Source of the DNA: an uncultured bacterium | GTDB taxonomy: Bacteria > SAR324 > NAC60-12 | DNA length: 64,000 nucleotides | NCBI GenBank assembly: GCA_964010765.1 | Contig: CAXGMD010000005.1 | Location: 1-64,000, forward strand | Reading direction: 5' to 3' | In this document: positions 38,327 to 48,206 of the stretch, one piece after another | Numbering within the stretch: position 1 is the stretch's first letter | How the letters are laid out: every line of letters begins with the position of its first letter | The notes under the pieces: generated by a model | Told to the model about the DNA's origin: nothing | The model's database searches: none | The model's input: only the letters and a program-made list of their open reading frames with translations | Program-made: the position numbers and the translations under genes

Positions 38327-38583
38327 TGTAATCAAACTCATCCCACTTCGCATACATAGCAGGCTAGTTTACAGGTCTTCTCCCCTCTTGTGATTTATGC
38401 ATTACACTTCCTGAAAAGTGTCTCTCGAGGCTCCACTCAATCAAAATCTACATCGAATCAAGGATTGCTTACCTAATTTTCCTCTTCCAACTTCTGCATA
38501 GTCTGAAAACCCATTTTGAAAAATCGCTGGTAACCAAGTTAGTTATCAAAACAGTTTCTTAAATTGCAGTTGTCAGTTTTTCA

Positions 38584-38628
38584 TCAATAGAAAAATTATT
38601 TGACAAAAGTAATCGTTAATTGCATCGT
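38584..38628 (+). promoter_or_regulatory. glpD promoter/operator (copy 1 of a shared motif)
   Basis: TCAATAG-AAAAATTAT-TTGACAAAAGT-N7-AATTGCAT. Confidence 0.7.
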
Positions 38629-38672
38629 AAACCTAATTCTCTATTAAAAAGGCCAATTTTTGAGGACGTGAT

Positions 38673-40310
38673 ATGCAGCGCGATGAACAATTAAAGAAGA
38701 TTACAGAAAAACCACTTGATGTGCTTGTGATAGGGGGAGGGATCAACGGGGCCGTCTCCTTCGGAGCACTTGCAGGACAGGGCCTCAAGGTCGGCCTGAT
38801 TGACCGAAAAGACTTTGCCAGCGAGACAAGTATGCACTCCTCTAACCTGGTGTGGGGTGGCATCAAATATATGGAGAGCTACGAGTTTGGTCTCGTTCGA
38901 AAGCTTTGTATGTCGCGTAACCAGTTGATGAGGGCCTACCCCAATAATATTCGAGAGCTCCGTTTTTTTACTAACCTAGACAGAGGGTTCCGATTTCCAG
39001 CAATTATGCTTTATATGGGCGCCTTTCTTTACTGGCTCATCGGGAATTGCTTCACACGTCCACCTCGACTCTTGACCACTGGTAAGATCCGTGATGAAGA
39101 ACCTGTTGTGAATACGGATAAAAGCATTGGTGGCATTGAGTACTCTGATGCCTACTTGCCTGAAAATGACGCTCGCTTCGTATTCCAATTTATCCGTGGT
39201 GCCATGGACAGAGGAGGCCTTGCCCTAAATTATGTCGAATCTTTAGGAGGTGAACGGGACGCAGACTCAGGGTTTTGGGGAGTCAAAGTTCGTGATCAAA
39301 TCAGCGGTGATCACCATGAGATCAAAGCCAAAGTATTGATAAATGCTTGTGGTCCTTTTGTCGACTTTCAGAATAGAACTCTGGCCCAAAACACCAAGCA
39401 TCAGCATGTCTTTTCAAAGGGGATCCACCTAATTGTTAAGAGATTGACTCCCCATGAGCGTGTGCTGACGTTCTTTGCTGACGATGGAAGACTCTTCTTT
39501 GCTATCCCGATGGGAAAAAGAACTGTTATCGGAACAACAGACACTCAAGTTCCCCACCCTGAGACACACGTCACTCCTGAGGACCGCTCGTTTGTTATAA
39601 ACAACATCAATAAGCGTGTTGAATTGGACAAACCTTTGAGTGAGTCTGATATCATTGCAGAACGCTGTGGTGTTCGACCTCTCGTGGTCGAGCGTCAACA
39701 AGACAAAACTATAACTGATTGGGTGAAGATGTCGCGAAAGCACGAAATTGACGTTGACACCAATCAGAAAACTATCAGTATCTTCGGTGGGAAGCTCACA
39801 GATTGCCTCAATATTGGTGAAGAGGTCGTCGAATTCGTGCGAGAATGTGGTGTAGATGTTCAAGAAAACACTTCAGTTTGGTACGGTGAACCTGCCAAGA
39901 ATGAACACGACCGATTCCTACAAAGAGCAGCTGAAATTAGACTAGATGATTCCACTCCTCCGAATGCAAGTGAACCAATCTCAACCCGACTTTGGCGGCG
40001 CTATGGAAGTAAAGCTTTCGATTTGTTGAACCTGATAGAAGTGAATTCCGAATTGAAAGAAGAACTGATTCCAGACTCTGAGTGCTTAAAGGTCGAAGCA
40101 GTCCATGCTAGAGATCATGAGATGATTGTTCATTTGGAAGATTTTCTAAGAAGACGAACAAAGATCTCCATGATGATTTCCCAGAAGAATCTTGAGGAAA
40201 ATCCTGCGACCAAAGAAGCCTGTCAGATTCTTTTCGGTGATCATTCTCAAGATCGTTGGACAAGCTTTATTGAATCTGCACAGGTTCGAAAAGATGTTGC
40301 GCTGAACTAA
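38673..40310 (+). CDS. glpD: FAD-dependent glycerol-3-phosphate dehydrogenase/oxidase
   Basis: IGGGING, DFA..TS..SS.L.WGG..Y, DAR, INA.GP, KG.H, GTTD, GVRPL, GGKLT, LRRRT. Confidence 0.88.
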   Translation: MQRDEQLKKITEKPLDVLVIGGGINGAVSFGALAGQGLKVGLIDRKDFASETSMHSSNLVWGGIKYMESYEFGLVRKLCMSRNQLMRAYPNNIRELRFFTNLDRGFRFPAIMLYMGAFLYWLIGNCFTRPPRLLTTGKIRDEEPVVNTDKSIGGIEYSDAYLPENDARFVFQFIRGAMDRGGLALNYVESLGGERDADSGFWGVKVRDQISGDHHEIKAKVLINACGPFVDFQNRTLAQNTKHQHVFSKGIHLIVKRLTPHERVLTFFADDGRLFFAIPMGKRTVIGTTDTQVPHPETHVTPEDRSFVINNINKRVELDKPLSESDIIAERCGVRPLVVERQQDKTITDWVKMSRKHEIDVDTNQKTISIFGGKLTDCLNIGEEVVEFVRECGVDVQENTSVWYGEPAKNEHDRFLQRAAEIRLDDSTPPNASEPISTRLWRRYGSKAFDLLNLIEVNSELKEELIPDSECLKVEAVHARDHEMIVHLEDFLRRRTKISMMISQKNLEENPATKEACQILFGDHSQDRWTSFIESAQVRKDVALN

Positions 40311-40321
40311 CCTCCAAAAAT

Positions 40322-41275
40322 GTGAAAAAGTTAAATACTGCCCAACGAGACCAGCAACTCTATGCGTCCAGGATTGCTTGGTACTATTACAAGGCTGGAT
40401 GGACGCAAAATGAGATTGCAGAAAAGCTCGGACTAAATCGCGCCCGTGTGATCAGCGTCCTGAATGAAGCCAGATTGTCAGGTCGGGTAACCATTCATGT
40501 TCACGGTGCTGATGCGCACTTGAGCGATTTGGAACATCAACTTTGTGAAAAGTGGCACCTCAAAGAAGCTCTCCTAGTTCCTGAAATTTCTACTGAACAT
40601 ATCAACGAGAACATTGGTCTAGCAGCGGCTCAGTACATGGAACGCTTTCTTGACCAAGAGAGGCAACTGATTGGGCTTGGCTGGGGCTCTACAATCTCCT
40701 GGATGACTAGAAACATTACACATTCTACGCGGTCAGAGACATCGTTTATCACCTTGTGCGGAGGTGTAACGACCTACCTAAGTACTCGAATAGCGGAAAG
40801 GTCTGTCGGCTCACTCCTATCCGGATTTCGCTATCCATTCTATATCATACCAACACCACTTGTTGTCAATTCAAGGGAAATCAGGGACCTCCTCATGGAA
40901 GAGCCTGAAGTACAGCGGGTGTTACAAATGGCGCTTACCGCAGATTTAAGCTTTGTTGGGATTGGTGCCCTTGAACCGAGCAACAGCTTCTCCCAATTCG
41001 GATATCGCAGTAAAGAAGATCTGGAGTTATTGACGAGATTAGGGGCCGTCGGAGAAATTCATGGAGAGTATTTCGACGCAGAAGGACAGTCACTGGAGCT
41101 CGAACAGCACGATCGACTGATTGCTACTCGACTGTCTGATTTGCGGAAAATGAAACAGGTGGTGGGTATTGCTGGAGGAGAGCGAAAACTGGAAGCACTG
41201 CGGGGAACCCTTAGAGGAAACTTGATATCTATGCTGATCACTGACGAACGTACAGCTCAAGCGCTGCTGCAATAA
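40322..41275 (+). CDS. SorC-family sugar-binding transcriptional regulator
   Basis: AW.YY..G.TQ.EIA..LG..R HTH, GWGST, GAVGEI, IAGG..K, LITDE. Confidence 0.92.
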   Translation: MKKLNTAQRDQQLYASRIAWYYYKAGWTQNEIAEKLGLNRARVISVLNEARLSGRVTIHVHGADAHLSDLEHQLCEKWHLKEALLVPEISTEHINENIGLAAAQYMERFLDQERQLIGLGWGSTISWMTRNITHSTRSETSFITLCGGVTTYLSTRIAERSVGSLLSGFRYPFYIIPTPLVVNSREIRDLLMEEPEVQRVLQMALTADLSFVGIGALEPSNSFSQFGYRSKEDLELLTRLGAVGEIHGEYFDAEGQSLELEQHDRLIATRLSDLRKMKQVVGIAGGERKLEALRGTLRGNLISMLITDERTAQALLQ

Positions 41276-41520
41276 TTCCATACTACTTCAACAGCTTCCT
41301 AACAGACTCAAAAAAGATCTCTCCTCTGTCTTGGCCTATCTCTTCTCACCGTAGCCTTGCAAACTAACACCTGTAACAAAACACTAAGAGAAGGAGCTAA
41401 AATCGAATTATTTTGATAATTTTTAGGGATTTTTTTGATGAGTTAGCTGTAAGGTGACAGATAAAAGTCTGTACCAAAGTTACTTGAAACTGGTGTGGTA
41501 AGATGTATTGATTTGGATCC

Positions 41521-41802
41521 TCAAACTTTGCGGAAGACGAAGATGGCGTAGACCACAGCAACGATTGAAGCACCCCACAATGGAAAATCGGTGAGGCCCA
41601 GCCAAAAGATGTGTATAAATCCACTACCTAGTAGAGAAATAAAGAGGCGGTCACCTCGAGTAGTATGCAACCCCAAAACTCCATAGCGTGGGCCACCTCC
41701 AGGTGATTTGTATTCCCAGATTGCCATGCAGGTCAATACCAGCACAATCAGGATGAAGAAAAGTGCGGTCTGCCAGGTCCAAGCCATCCACGAAAGAAAC
41801 AT
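41521..41802 (-). CDS. DUF2160 small membrane protein of glycerol-type ABC clusters (GlpU-like)
   Basis: WMAWTW.TA.FF, TTRGDRLFISLLGS.FIH. Confidence 0.88.
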   Translation of the reverse strand: MFLSWMAWTWQTALFFILIVLVLTCMAIWEYKSPGGGPRYGVLGLHTTRGDRLFISLLGSGFIHIFWLGLTDFPLWGASIVAVVYAIFVFRKV

Positions 41803-41804
41803 GT

Positions 41805-42605
41805 TTATACCCTCCCCAAAGCAAAGCCCTTGGCTATATAATTCCGCACAAAATAAATCACAAAAGCGCCTGGGACGATCGTAAGGGTACCAGCTGCGGA
41901 CAATAGACCGAGTTCATAGCCTGCTGTACTCACTGTGCGTGTCATTGTTGCGGCTATCGGTTTCGCATCTACGGCTGTCAATGTTTTTGCCAAGAGCAAT
42001 TCCACCCACGAAAACATGAAGCAAAAGAAAGCGGCTACTCCAATTCCGGCAGCGATAGCTGGAATGAAAATTTTAAAGAAAAATTGTGGGAATGAGTATC
42101 CATCGATGTATGCAGTTTCGTCTAATTCTTTTGGCACTCCTGACATAAATCCTTCAAGAATCCAAACGGCCAGAGGAATGTTGAAAAGACAGTGCGATAA
42201 GGCGACTGCGATATGTGTATCAAACAGGCCAATTGCGGAATACAACTGAAAAAATGGTAACGCGAAGACAGCTGGTGGAGCCATCCGATTTGTGAGCAAC
42301 CAAAAAAACAAATGCTTATCTCCGAGAAAGCGGTATCTGGAGAAGGCATAGGCTGCTGGCAAGGCAACGAGCAATGAGATGATAGTGTTGATAGTTACAT
42401 AGGTCAAAGAATTGACATAGCCCATAAACCATGTGGGATCTGTGAAAATCGTAACGTAATTTTCGACAGTAAAATTATTCGGCCAGAGGGTGAACGAGCC
42501 TAGGATTTCGTTGGTGGTCTTAAATGACATATTGACGAGCCAGTAGATCGGCAACATCAAAAACACTATATAAACTGTGGGAATCAACCAGGTCATTTTC
42601 TTCAT
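41805..42605 (-). CDS. Carbohydrate ABC permease (GlpQ-like)
   Basis: EAA-loop variant ELDETAYIDG; six TM segments. Confidence 0.92.
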   Translation of the reverse strand: MKKMTWLIPTVYIVFLMLPIYWLVNMSFKTTNEILGSFTLWPNNFTVENYVTIFTDPTWFMGYVNSLTYVTINTIISLLVALPAAYAFSRYRFLGDKHLFFWLLTNRMAPPAVFALPFFQLYSAIGLFDTHIAVALSHCLFNIPLAVWILEGFMSGVPKELDETAYIDGYSFPQFFFKIFIPAIAAGIGVAAFFCFMFSWVELLLAKTLTAVDAKPIAATMTRTVSTAGYELGLLSAAGTLTIVPGAFVIYFVRNYIAKGFALGRV

Positions 42606-43471
42606 CAGTTGGTCTCGTTGCGCATCATGAGGGTATACAGGACCCAGCAAAGCAGTAGGACCACAAGGAAGTAAATGATTGACATTGCAGCGGCTGGACC
42701 CAGATCGAACTGACCTAGCGCGACTTTCACAAGATCAATTGAAAGGAAAGTAGTACTGTTCCCTGGACCACCACCAGTCAATACGAATGGTTCTGTATAG
42801 ATCATGAAACTGTCCATCAAACGCAAGAGCAGCGCTATAGTTAGGACCCGTTTCATCTTGGGTAATTGGATGTAACGAAACACCTGCCAGGAAGTAGCAC
42901 CATCAATTTTGGAGGCTTGATAATAGGCGTCTGGAATTGATCTCAAACCCGCATAGCACAATAGCACAACTAGGGAAGTCCAGTGCCAAACGTCCATCGC
43001 AACTACTGTCGCCCAAGCCCAAAAAGTGTTCTGTGTGAAGTTGTAGTCAAAACCGACTCCATTGAGCATCTTACCCAGCAACCCAATATCAGGCAGAGCA
43101 AAGATATTCCACATAGCTCCTACCACGTTCCAAGGAATCAGAAGGGGTAGTGCCATCAAAACCAGACAAATTGTAACCCCAATGCCTTGACGTGGCATTG
43201 TCAGAGCAATCCCAACTCCGAGAGGAACCTCAATCAATAAAATTAACAAAGTGAAGAGAAGTTGACGTCCTAAGGCGTCATGAAATCGTTCAGATCTCAT
43301 TACCTCCTCAAACCACTTGAGCCCCTCCCAAAAAAACAGATTATCTCCGAAGGTTTCTTGGACAGAATAATTTACCACTGTCATGAGTGGAATGATGGCG
43401 TTGAAAGCCACTAATGCCAAAACTGGCAAGACCATGAACCAAGCTTTTTGATTGATTGTCTTGTTGATCAT
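42605..43471 (-). CDS. Carbohydrate ABC permease (GlpP-like)
   Basis: DVWHWT, YYQASKIDGA..WQ.FRYI.LP. Confidence 0.92.
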   Translation of the reverse strand: MINKTINQKAWFMVLPVLALVAFNAIIPLMTVVNYSVQETFGDNLFFWEGLKWFEEVMRSERFHDALGRQLLFTLLILLIEVPLGVGIALTMPRQGIGVTICLVLMALPLLIPWNVVGAMWNIFALPDIGLLGKMLNGVGFDYNFTQNTFWAWATVVAMDVWHWTSLVVLLCYAGLRSIPDAYYQASKIDGATSWQVFRYIQLPKMKRVLTIALLLRLMDSFMIYTEPFVLTGGGPGNSTTFLSIDLVKVALGQFDLGPAAAMSIIYFLVVLLLCWVLYTLMMRNETN

Positions 43472-44550
43472 GACTGACCTTTGGCCTCGTGAATCCACCC
43501 ATCACAATAAACATGAGTGTGATCAGGGTCGAAATCCAAGTGTAACGAATCTGATGGAATTTCGACCTCCTCATTGGCGTAAATATTCAGGCTAGTACCA
43601 CCGACTTCTGCTTTGATAATTCGGTATCTGCCAACATCATCGACTCGCTGAATTCGAGCCGGTATACCTTCAGATGCTAGCCGAATGAATTCTGGTCTGA
43701 TACCGAGCTGGAGTTTAGAAGTAGAAGCGGGATTTGAAAGATTTCCATTCAACGAAATTTGGTGACCCGCAAATACTGCCCCACCATCATTCCAATCACA
43801 GGGCAGGATGTTCATCCCTGGAGAACCGATAAAATGGCCTACAAAGGTGTGTCTTGGCTTCAAAAAAAGTTCTTCTGGAGTTCCGATCTGGACTATCTGC
43901 CCCTCATACATCACAACCACCTCATCTGCAAAGGTCAGCGCCTCCGTCTGATCATGGGTGACATATATCATTGTAAATCCAACTTGTTGATGTAGCCGCA
44001 TCAATTGGGATCTTAACTCCCACTTGAGGTGCGGATCGATCACAGTAAGTGGCTCATCAAACATCATCACATTTACGTCAGATCGAACCAACCCTCTGCC
44101 TAAGGAAATCTTTTGCTTATCTGCTGCGGTCAAACCCGACGCACGATGCTTTAGCTGGTTTTGCATCGAGAGCATCTTTGCTACTCGCTGCACACGTTCA
44201 TCAAGTTCAGCTTCTGGTAGTTTTCTATTTCGCAGAGGAAATGCCAGATTGTCGTAAACCGTCATCGTGTCGTAGACTACCGGGAATTGGAAAACTTGTG
44301 CAATGTTTCGCTGATCGGGAGGAAGTGAGGTCACATCACTATCATCAAAGAGGATTTGACCTTCTGAAGGTTTGAGAAGACCTGATATCAAGTTCAATAG
44401 TGTTGTCTTTCCACAACCGGAAGGACCCAACAGAGCAAACGCTCCACCATCTCGCCAAGTCAAATCAATCTTCCTGAGGGCATAGTCTTCTTCGGACTGT
44501 GGATTTTGTAAATAGCTATGTCGGAGTGATTTGAGTGTTATCGAAGACAT
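43468..44550 (-). CDS. ABC ATPase (GlpT-like)
   Basis: GPSGCGKT, degenerate signature LTAADKQ, FDEP, YVTHDQ. Confidence 0.93.
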   Translation of the reverse strand: MSSITLKSLRHSYLQNPQSEEDYALRKIDLTWRDGGAFALLGPSGCGKTTLLNLISGLLKPSEGQILFDDSDVTSLPPDQRNIAQVFQFPVVYDTMTVYDNLAFPLRNRKLPEAELDERVQRVAKMLSMQNQLKHRASGLTAADKQKISLGRGLVRSDVNVMMFDEPLTVIDPHLKWELRSQLMRLHQQVGFTMIYVTHDQTEALTFADEVVVMYEGQIVQIGTPEELFLKPRHTFVGHFIGSPGMNILPCDWNDGGAVFAGHQISLNGNLSNPASTSKLQLGIRPEFIRLASEGIPARIQRVDDVGRYRIIKAEVGGTSLNIYANEEVEIPSDSLHLDFDPDHTHVYCDGWIHEAKGQS

Positions 44551-44551
44551 T

Positions 44552-45622
44552 TCAAACCTGAGCCAGGACAAGTTGTTCTTGGTCGTCAAAGAGCAAACAT
44601 TTTGAGGGCGAAACGTAAAGCTCCAGCTTTTTGCCAGGGGGAAAGTGCATCACTCCCCGGGTGTGAGCTACCCAATCATGCTCAGCCCACCGCAAATGGA
44701 TAAAACTCTCTGAACCAGTGATTTCTGTAACTGTAACCTCACCCGACAATTCAAGGATTTCTTTTCCGTTGCTCTGAATCTGGAGATGGTGAGGACGAAA
44801 ACCAAGTGTATATTCTCCAACCGGCACATTTTGGAAAGGAGGTAACTGCAGTGATAGACCTTGCTCACCCTCAAAGCCTTTTTCTGTACGTTTCAGGTTA
44901 AGAGTGTTCAGTGGTGGATCAGAAAAAGCTTTTGCAGTAGCGAGGTCGTGAGGTTTTCTAAAGACTTCATGTGTTGGACCGTACTGAGTGACGCGGCCCT
45001 CACGCATTGTCGCTGTGTACCCGCCCATTAAGAGAGCTTCATGAGGCTCTGTAGTCGCATAGACAACGGTTGCTCCAGTGTCTGCAAACAGACGGGGTAA
45101 TTCCTCACGGAGCTCTTCACGTAGCTTGTAGTCGAGGTTGACCAGCGGTTCATCAAGCAACACCAAGTCCGCTCCTTTAACCAACGCTCTTGCCAATGCC
45201 GTTCTCTGTTGCTGGCCTCCCGATAATTCGCTTGGTTTGCGCTGCATGTAGGGAGTCAACTTGAGTAACTCTGCAACCTTTTCTACGCGAGGTCGTAACT
45301 GAGTTTCGGAGAGTTTCTGGATTCGTAAAGGAGAAGCGATGTTCTCAAAAACGGACATATTGGGGAAGTTGATGAACTGCTGGTAAACCATCGCCAAATT
45401 TCGACGTTGTACAGGAATTCCAGTTACATTCTGACCTTTGAACCAAACTGATCCTGTGCTGGGTTGGTCGAGACCAGCCATCAAACGCATCAACGAAGTT
45501 TTGCCCGACAAGGTAGGACCAAGCAAAACGTTGAATACGCCAGGATTGAGGCTTAAATCGGTTTGTGCAATGTGCACTTCGCCGTACACCTGCTTACTTA
45601 GTTCACGGAAATCAAGAGACAT
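44552..45622 (-). CDS. ABC ATPase (GlpS-like)
   Basis: GPTLSGKT, LSGGQQQR, LLDEP, degenerate H-loop YATTE. Confidence 0.93.
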   Translation of the reverse strand: MSLDFRELSKQVYGEVHIAQTDLSLNPGVFNVLLGPTLSGKTSLMRLMAGLDQPSTGSVWFKGQNVTGIPVQRRNLAMVYQQFINFPNMSVFENIASPLRIQKLSETQLRPRVEKVAELLKLTPYMQRKPSELSGGQQQRTALARALVKGADLVLLDEPLVNLDYKLREELREELPRLFADTGATVVYATTEPHEALLMGGYTATMREGRVTQYGPTHEVFRKPHDLATAKAFSDPPLNTLNLKRTEKGFEGEQGLSLQLPPFQNVPVGEYTLGFRPHHLQIQSNGKEILELSGEVTVTEITGSESFIHLRWAEHDWVAHTRGVMHFPPGKKLELYVSPSKCLLFDDQEQLVLAQV

Positions 45623-45640
45623 CTGGAATAGTCGCTGAAG

Positions 45641-45691
45641 GCAGGATCATGATCCTACCCGGCAGATTCTCGGAGGGAGACCCCCCGAGAA
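45641..45691 (-). other. Intercistronic stem-loops after the binding-protein gene
   Basis: Minus strand TTCTCGGGGGG-TCT-CCCTCCGAGAA, then GGTAGGAT-CATG-ATCCTGCC. Confidence 0.55.
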
Positions 45692-45714
45692 AAGGATGGT
45701 CTGGAAAGAACGTG

Positions 45715-47454
45715 TTAGTTCTGGCTCCAGCGTTTAATCAAGGAATCGTAACTGACAGTTACACCCTTAGGCTTTTCATTAGCCAATTTGGCCTTAGGCG
45801 AGCCTGGTTGGTTCAGCCAGTAGGAAGGATCACGTTCTTCATTCAGTCGGGGACCGCAACCACCGTAGACATTGGCAGCTTCGTCAGCCTTCTGCATACG
45901 TGACATGACTTGGTCCATCTCACCAGCTAGTCGGTCCATCGCTTCTTGTGGAGTAAACGCACCCGAGTTGACGTCACCAATTTGTTGCCACCAGATTTGA
46001 GCCAACTTTGGATAGTCTGGAACGTTGATTCCAGTTGGTGACCACGCCACGCGATCTGGAGATCGATAAAACTCTACAAGACCGCCCAACTTGGATGCTC
46101 TTTCCGTAAAGTGTTGATGGCGAACTGTACTGTCACGGATGAACGTTAAACCAACGTCACTCTTCTTAACATCAACTGTTTTGGAGGTGACGAACTGAGC
46201 GTACAACCAAGCAGCCTTTGCACGATCTACTGGCGTAGACTTTAGAATGGTCCAGGAGCCTACGTCTTGATAACCAACTTTTTGTCCTTCTTCCCAGTAA
46301 GGACCATGTGGGCTTGGTGCCATTCTCCATAGTGGTGTACCACTTTCGTCGACAGTATTATTTCCATCAGCACGGGATTTGACCATGTCAGCCGTGAAGG
46401 CAGTGTACCAGAAAATTTGCTGGGCCACATTACCTTGAGAAAGTGCTGGTAGTGATTGATAGAAATCATAAGATGCAGCCCCAGGTGGTGCATAAGCTCT
46501 CAACCACTCATCCCACTTGCGAATAGCATACACAGCAGCAGGGCCGTTTGCGGCGCCCCCACGACTCACAGAGGCACCAACAGGGTTACAGCTTCCAGCT
46601 TCCATACGAATACCCCATTCATCGACAGGTATTCCATTAGGCTCACCCTTAGAACCAGCACCCGCCATGGACAACCATGCATCTGTCATCCTCCAGCCCA
46701 AGTCTGGTGCACGCTTGCCGTAGTCCATGTGTCCGTAAATTTGCACACCATCTATGTTCTTCACGTCATTTGAGAAAAACTCTGCGATATCTTCATAGGC
46801 AGACCAGTTGACGGGAACGCCAAGATCATAGCCATACTTCTGTTTAAAGGCCGCTTGAAGATCTGGTCGATCAAACCAATCTTTACGGAACCAGTAAAGG
46901 TTTGCAAACTGCTGGTCCGGCAATTGGTACAAGTCACCATCGGGACCCGTAGTAAACTGCACACCCATGAAATCATTAAGATCTAGGGTGGGTGACGTCA
47001 CATCCTTACCTTCTCCTGCCATGAAGTCGGTTAAGTTGTAGGCCAGCTGCAAACGGGAGTGTGTTCCAATCAAATCGCTGTCATTCACATACGCATCGTA
47101 AAGATTTCGCTTGGTTTGCATCTGGGTTTGCACAGCCTGAACAACTTCCCCTTCTCCCAGTAGCTGGTGGTTCACTTTGATGCCAGTGATTTCTTCAAAT
47201 GCTTCGGTCAAGACTTTTGACTCGTAAGAGTGAGTCGGAATTGTTTCTGACAGAACATTGATCTCCATACCTTTGAAAGGCTCAGCTGCTTTGATGAACC
47301 ACTCCATTTCGGCCATCTGCTCAGCTTTGGAAAAAACAGAAGGCTGGAATTCGTTGTTGATCCAACGCTCAGCTTCTGGCTTTCCAGCCATCGCAGTAAA
47401 GGCACTCAGCGTAAGCGCTAACGCTGCGCTCATGAAGAGTTTACTAAATTTCAT
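45715..47454 (-). CDS. Glycerol-type ABC substrate-binding protein (GlpV-like)
   Basis: Signal peptide, AGGAGG RBS, WI..EFQPS, QLPDQQFANLYWFR, VPDYPKLAQ.WWQ; leads the GlpSTPQU-like genes. Confidence 0.88.
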   Translation of the reverse strand: MKFSKLFMSAALALTLSAFTAMAGKPEAERWINNEFQPSVFSKAEQMAEMEWFIKAAEPFKGMEINVLSETIPTHSYESKVLTEAFEEITGIKVNHQLLGEGEVVQAVQTQMQTKRNLYDAYVNDSDLIGTHSRLQLAYNLTDFMAGEGKDVTSPTLDLNDFMGVQFTTGPDGDLYQLPDQQFANLYWFRKDWFDRPDLQAAFKQKYGYDLGVPVNWSAYEDIAEFFSNDVKNIDGVQIYGHMDYGKRAPDLGWRMTDAWLSMAGAGSKGEPNGIPVDEWGIRMEAGSCNPVGASVSRGGAANGPAAVYAIRKWDEWLRAYAPPGAASYDFYQSLPALSQGNVAQQIFWYTAFTADMVKSRADGNNTVDESGTPLWRMAPSPHGPYWEEGQKVGYQDVGSWTILKSTPVDRAKAAWLYAQFVTSKTVDVKKSDVGLTFIRDSTVRHQHFTERASKLGGLVEFYRSPDRVAWSPTGINVPDYPKLAQIWWQQIGDVNSGAFTPQEAMDRLAGEMDQVMSRMQKADEAANVYGGCGPRLNEERDPSYWLNQPGSPKAKLANEKPKGVTVSYDSLIKRWSQN

Positions 47455-47547
47455 TGTCTTCCTCCTTTTTAGGGGGTACGAATTCAAAAATGCCAAAAAA
47501 ACTTCAGTTCAGCAAAATGCCAAACTGCTTATGTGACACGGGGCCCT

Positions 47548-47592
47548 AACATGCAATTGAATCTGACTTTTGTCAATTTTTTTTTCTATTGA
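47548..47592 (-). promoter_or_regulatory. ABC operon promoter/operator (copy 2 of a shared motif)
   Basis: Minus strand TCAATAG-AAAAAAAAA-TTGACAAAAGT-N7-AATTGCAT. Confidence 0.7.
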
Positions 47593-47720
47593 GCAAAACA
47601 ACAAGAATTTTGTTCGCTTAGAAATCTTTTGAAAAGAGAATGAGTTGGACATGAAGGCAGGCGCAAGCAAAGCAGTCGGTCAAGGATTTCGTTAACCGAC
47701 CACTTTTGAAATCAGAACAA

Positions 47721-47891
47721 CTAGCGGCGAATACTTTGCTCCAGAAAAGATCTACTTTCTGGCGAAAGCCATTCTTGTTGATCTTCAATTAGTAGATTCC
47801 ATTCCTCCATCAAAAAAGAAGGGGAGGGTTCGTTACTGCAGGTTTGACGCATAAACCTGCAAAATTCCTTGAAGTGCAGTGCATCTCGCAT
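47721..47891 (-). CDS. Possible 56-aa small protein
   Basis: Manual translation MRDALHFKEFCRFMRQ...SFLEQSIRR*; below the ORF-track size cutoff. Confidence 0.3.
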   Translation of the reverse strand: MRDALHFKEFCRFMRQTCSNEPSPSFLMEEWNLLIEDQQEWLSPESRSFLEQSIRR

Positions 47892-48020
47892 AATGATGGT
47901 CTCATCTGAAGTTAATATGAATGAGTCACATCCTGTGCTTTCGTCCAGACTGCCATTCCATTGACTGATCTATTTGTCAGATAAAGCTGCATTTTATGTT
48001 CCACTATTTGGAAAAATATT

Positions 48021-48206
48021 ATGGCTGAAAAGCGAATGACCAAGTTGAACCCGCTCATCAAGCCCCCAAATCCACTGGATCTAGAAGATGATATTTTCAT
48101 TCCTGAAGATGAGGAAAGTTTCCCTAGGGAGCAACAATTGGAGCAATTGAGGAAGGAGCCGAAACGGACACTTCGGCTTGTCAAACGCTGGTTAAGGGAA
48201 AGCTAG
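48021..48206 (+). CDS. 61-aa small protein with a FliF C-terminus-like tail
   Basis: ATG start in an otherwise empty region; ends LEQLRKEPKRTLRLVKRWLRES. Confidence 0.6.
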   Translation: MAEKRMTKLNPLIKPPNPLDLEDDIFIPEDEESFPREQQLEQLRKEPKRTLRLVKRWLRES

